Shown here piece after piece: positions 63,501 to 64,000 of a stretch of DNA of 64,000 nt (the stretch's first letter is position 1; each line of letters begins with the position of its first letter). Made by a program: the position numbers and the translations under genes. The notes under the pieces were generated by a model that saw nothing but the letters and a program-made list of their open reading frames with translations, did not search any database and had not been told where the DNA came from. The stretch is taken from the NCBI GenBank assembly GCA_965112155.1, contig OZ218107.1; one strand, 5' to 3'. Source of the DNA: Podarcis liolepis (taxonomy: Eukaryota).

Positions 63501-64000
63501 TTAACACAGTAGCAAGAAGATGATCAGAATCCCCCTTCGGATCTTGAAATATGGGTTCCCTCAACAAAATTTAAAATTCGGCTTTGTAGCGCATTGACCA
63601 CTCCTGCTTTTCCATTTAAAAAAAGAACACAAGAATCAGGTTCAACCACAATTAAAATACTACAAAACAAACAGTATGGAAACAGGCAATAAACCAATGA
63701 CACCTTTGTTCTAAGCCAATAATCTATTTTGTCCCTGGAGCTTCCACTCATCATAGCTGCAAGAGACGACTGCCTCTCCCATCTCTAAGCAAAGAATCCT
63801 GCTTCCCTCGTTAGCCACATAAATACTTGTACTCCAGAGCTTGTGGTGGGCCAAATGAAACCAGCTGCTTCCTGCTCACCCCTCCAGCCCCTGGAAATGA
63901 ATCTTGCAAGTTGTAAGCCCTTAGTAAACATGTCCCTTCTGCCCTGGGCTTCCATCACACAGAAGCAGTGCAGACGCAGATGGGCATGTTGAACTTTTTG

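Overview
Squamate reptile (most likely a lacertid lizard, from Squam3 and Sauria SINEs plus BovB) genomic DNA with the conserved vertebrate ERC1-RAD52-WNK1 block. ERC1/ELKS (minus strand) has its 5' end here: a non-coding exon 1 in a CpG island and coding exons at 19205-19873 and 6561-6977, and it continues off the left edge. RAD52 (plus strand) is complete: 11 coding exons from 33211 to 43634, 1209 nt, 402 aa, sharing a bidirectional CpG-island promoter with ERC1. The 3' part of WNK1 (minus strand) has 7 constitutive coding exons, two cassette exons (26a/26b-type) and a ~2.5 kb 3'UTR that converges on the RAD52 3' end. Introns hold many SINE, LINE (BovB, CR1, L2), Tc1/mariner and hAT MITE, and solo-LTR-like relics. 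No prokaryotic-type system, CRISPR or RNA gene is supported. The best leads are splicing-level: a candidate extra in-frame Cys-rich/hydrophobic WNK1 cassette exon (48663-48785), alternative ends of the WNK1 26a exon, a competing stop-containing donor at RAD52 exon 8, and long in-frame ORFs past the RAD52 stop. Exon numbering and human comparisons are from memory, not from a search.
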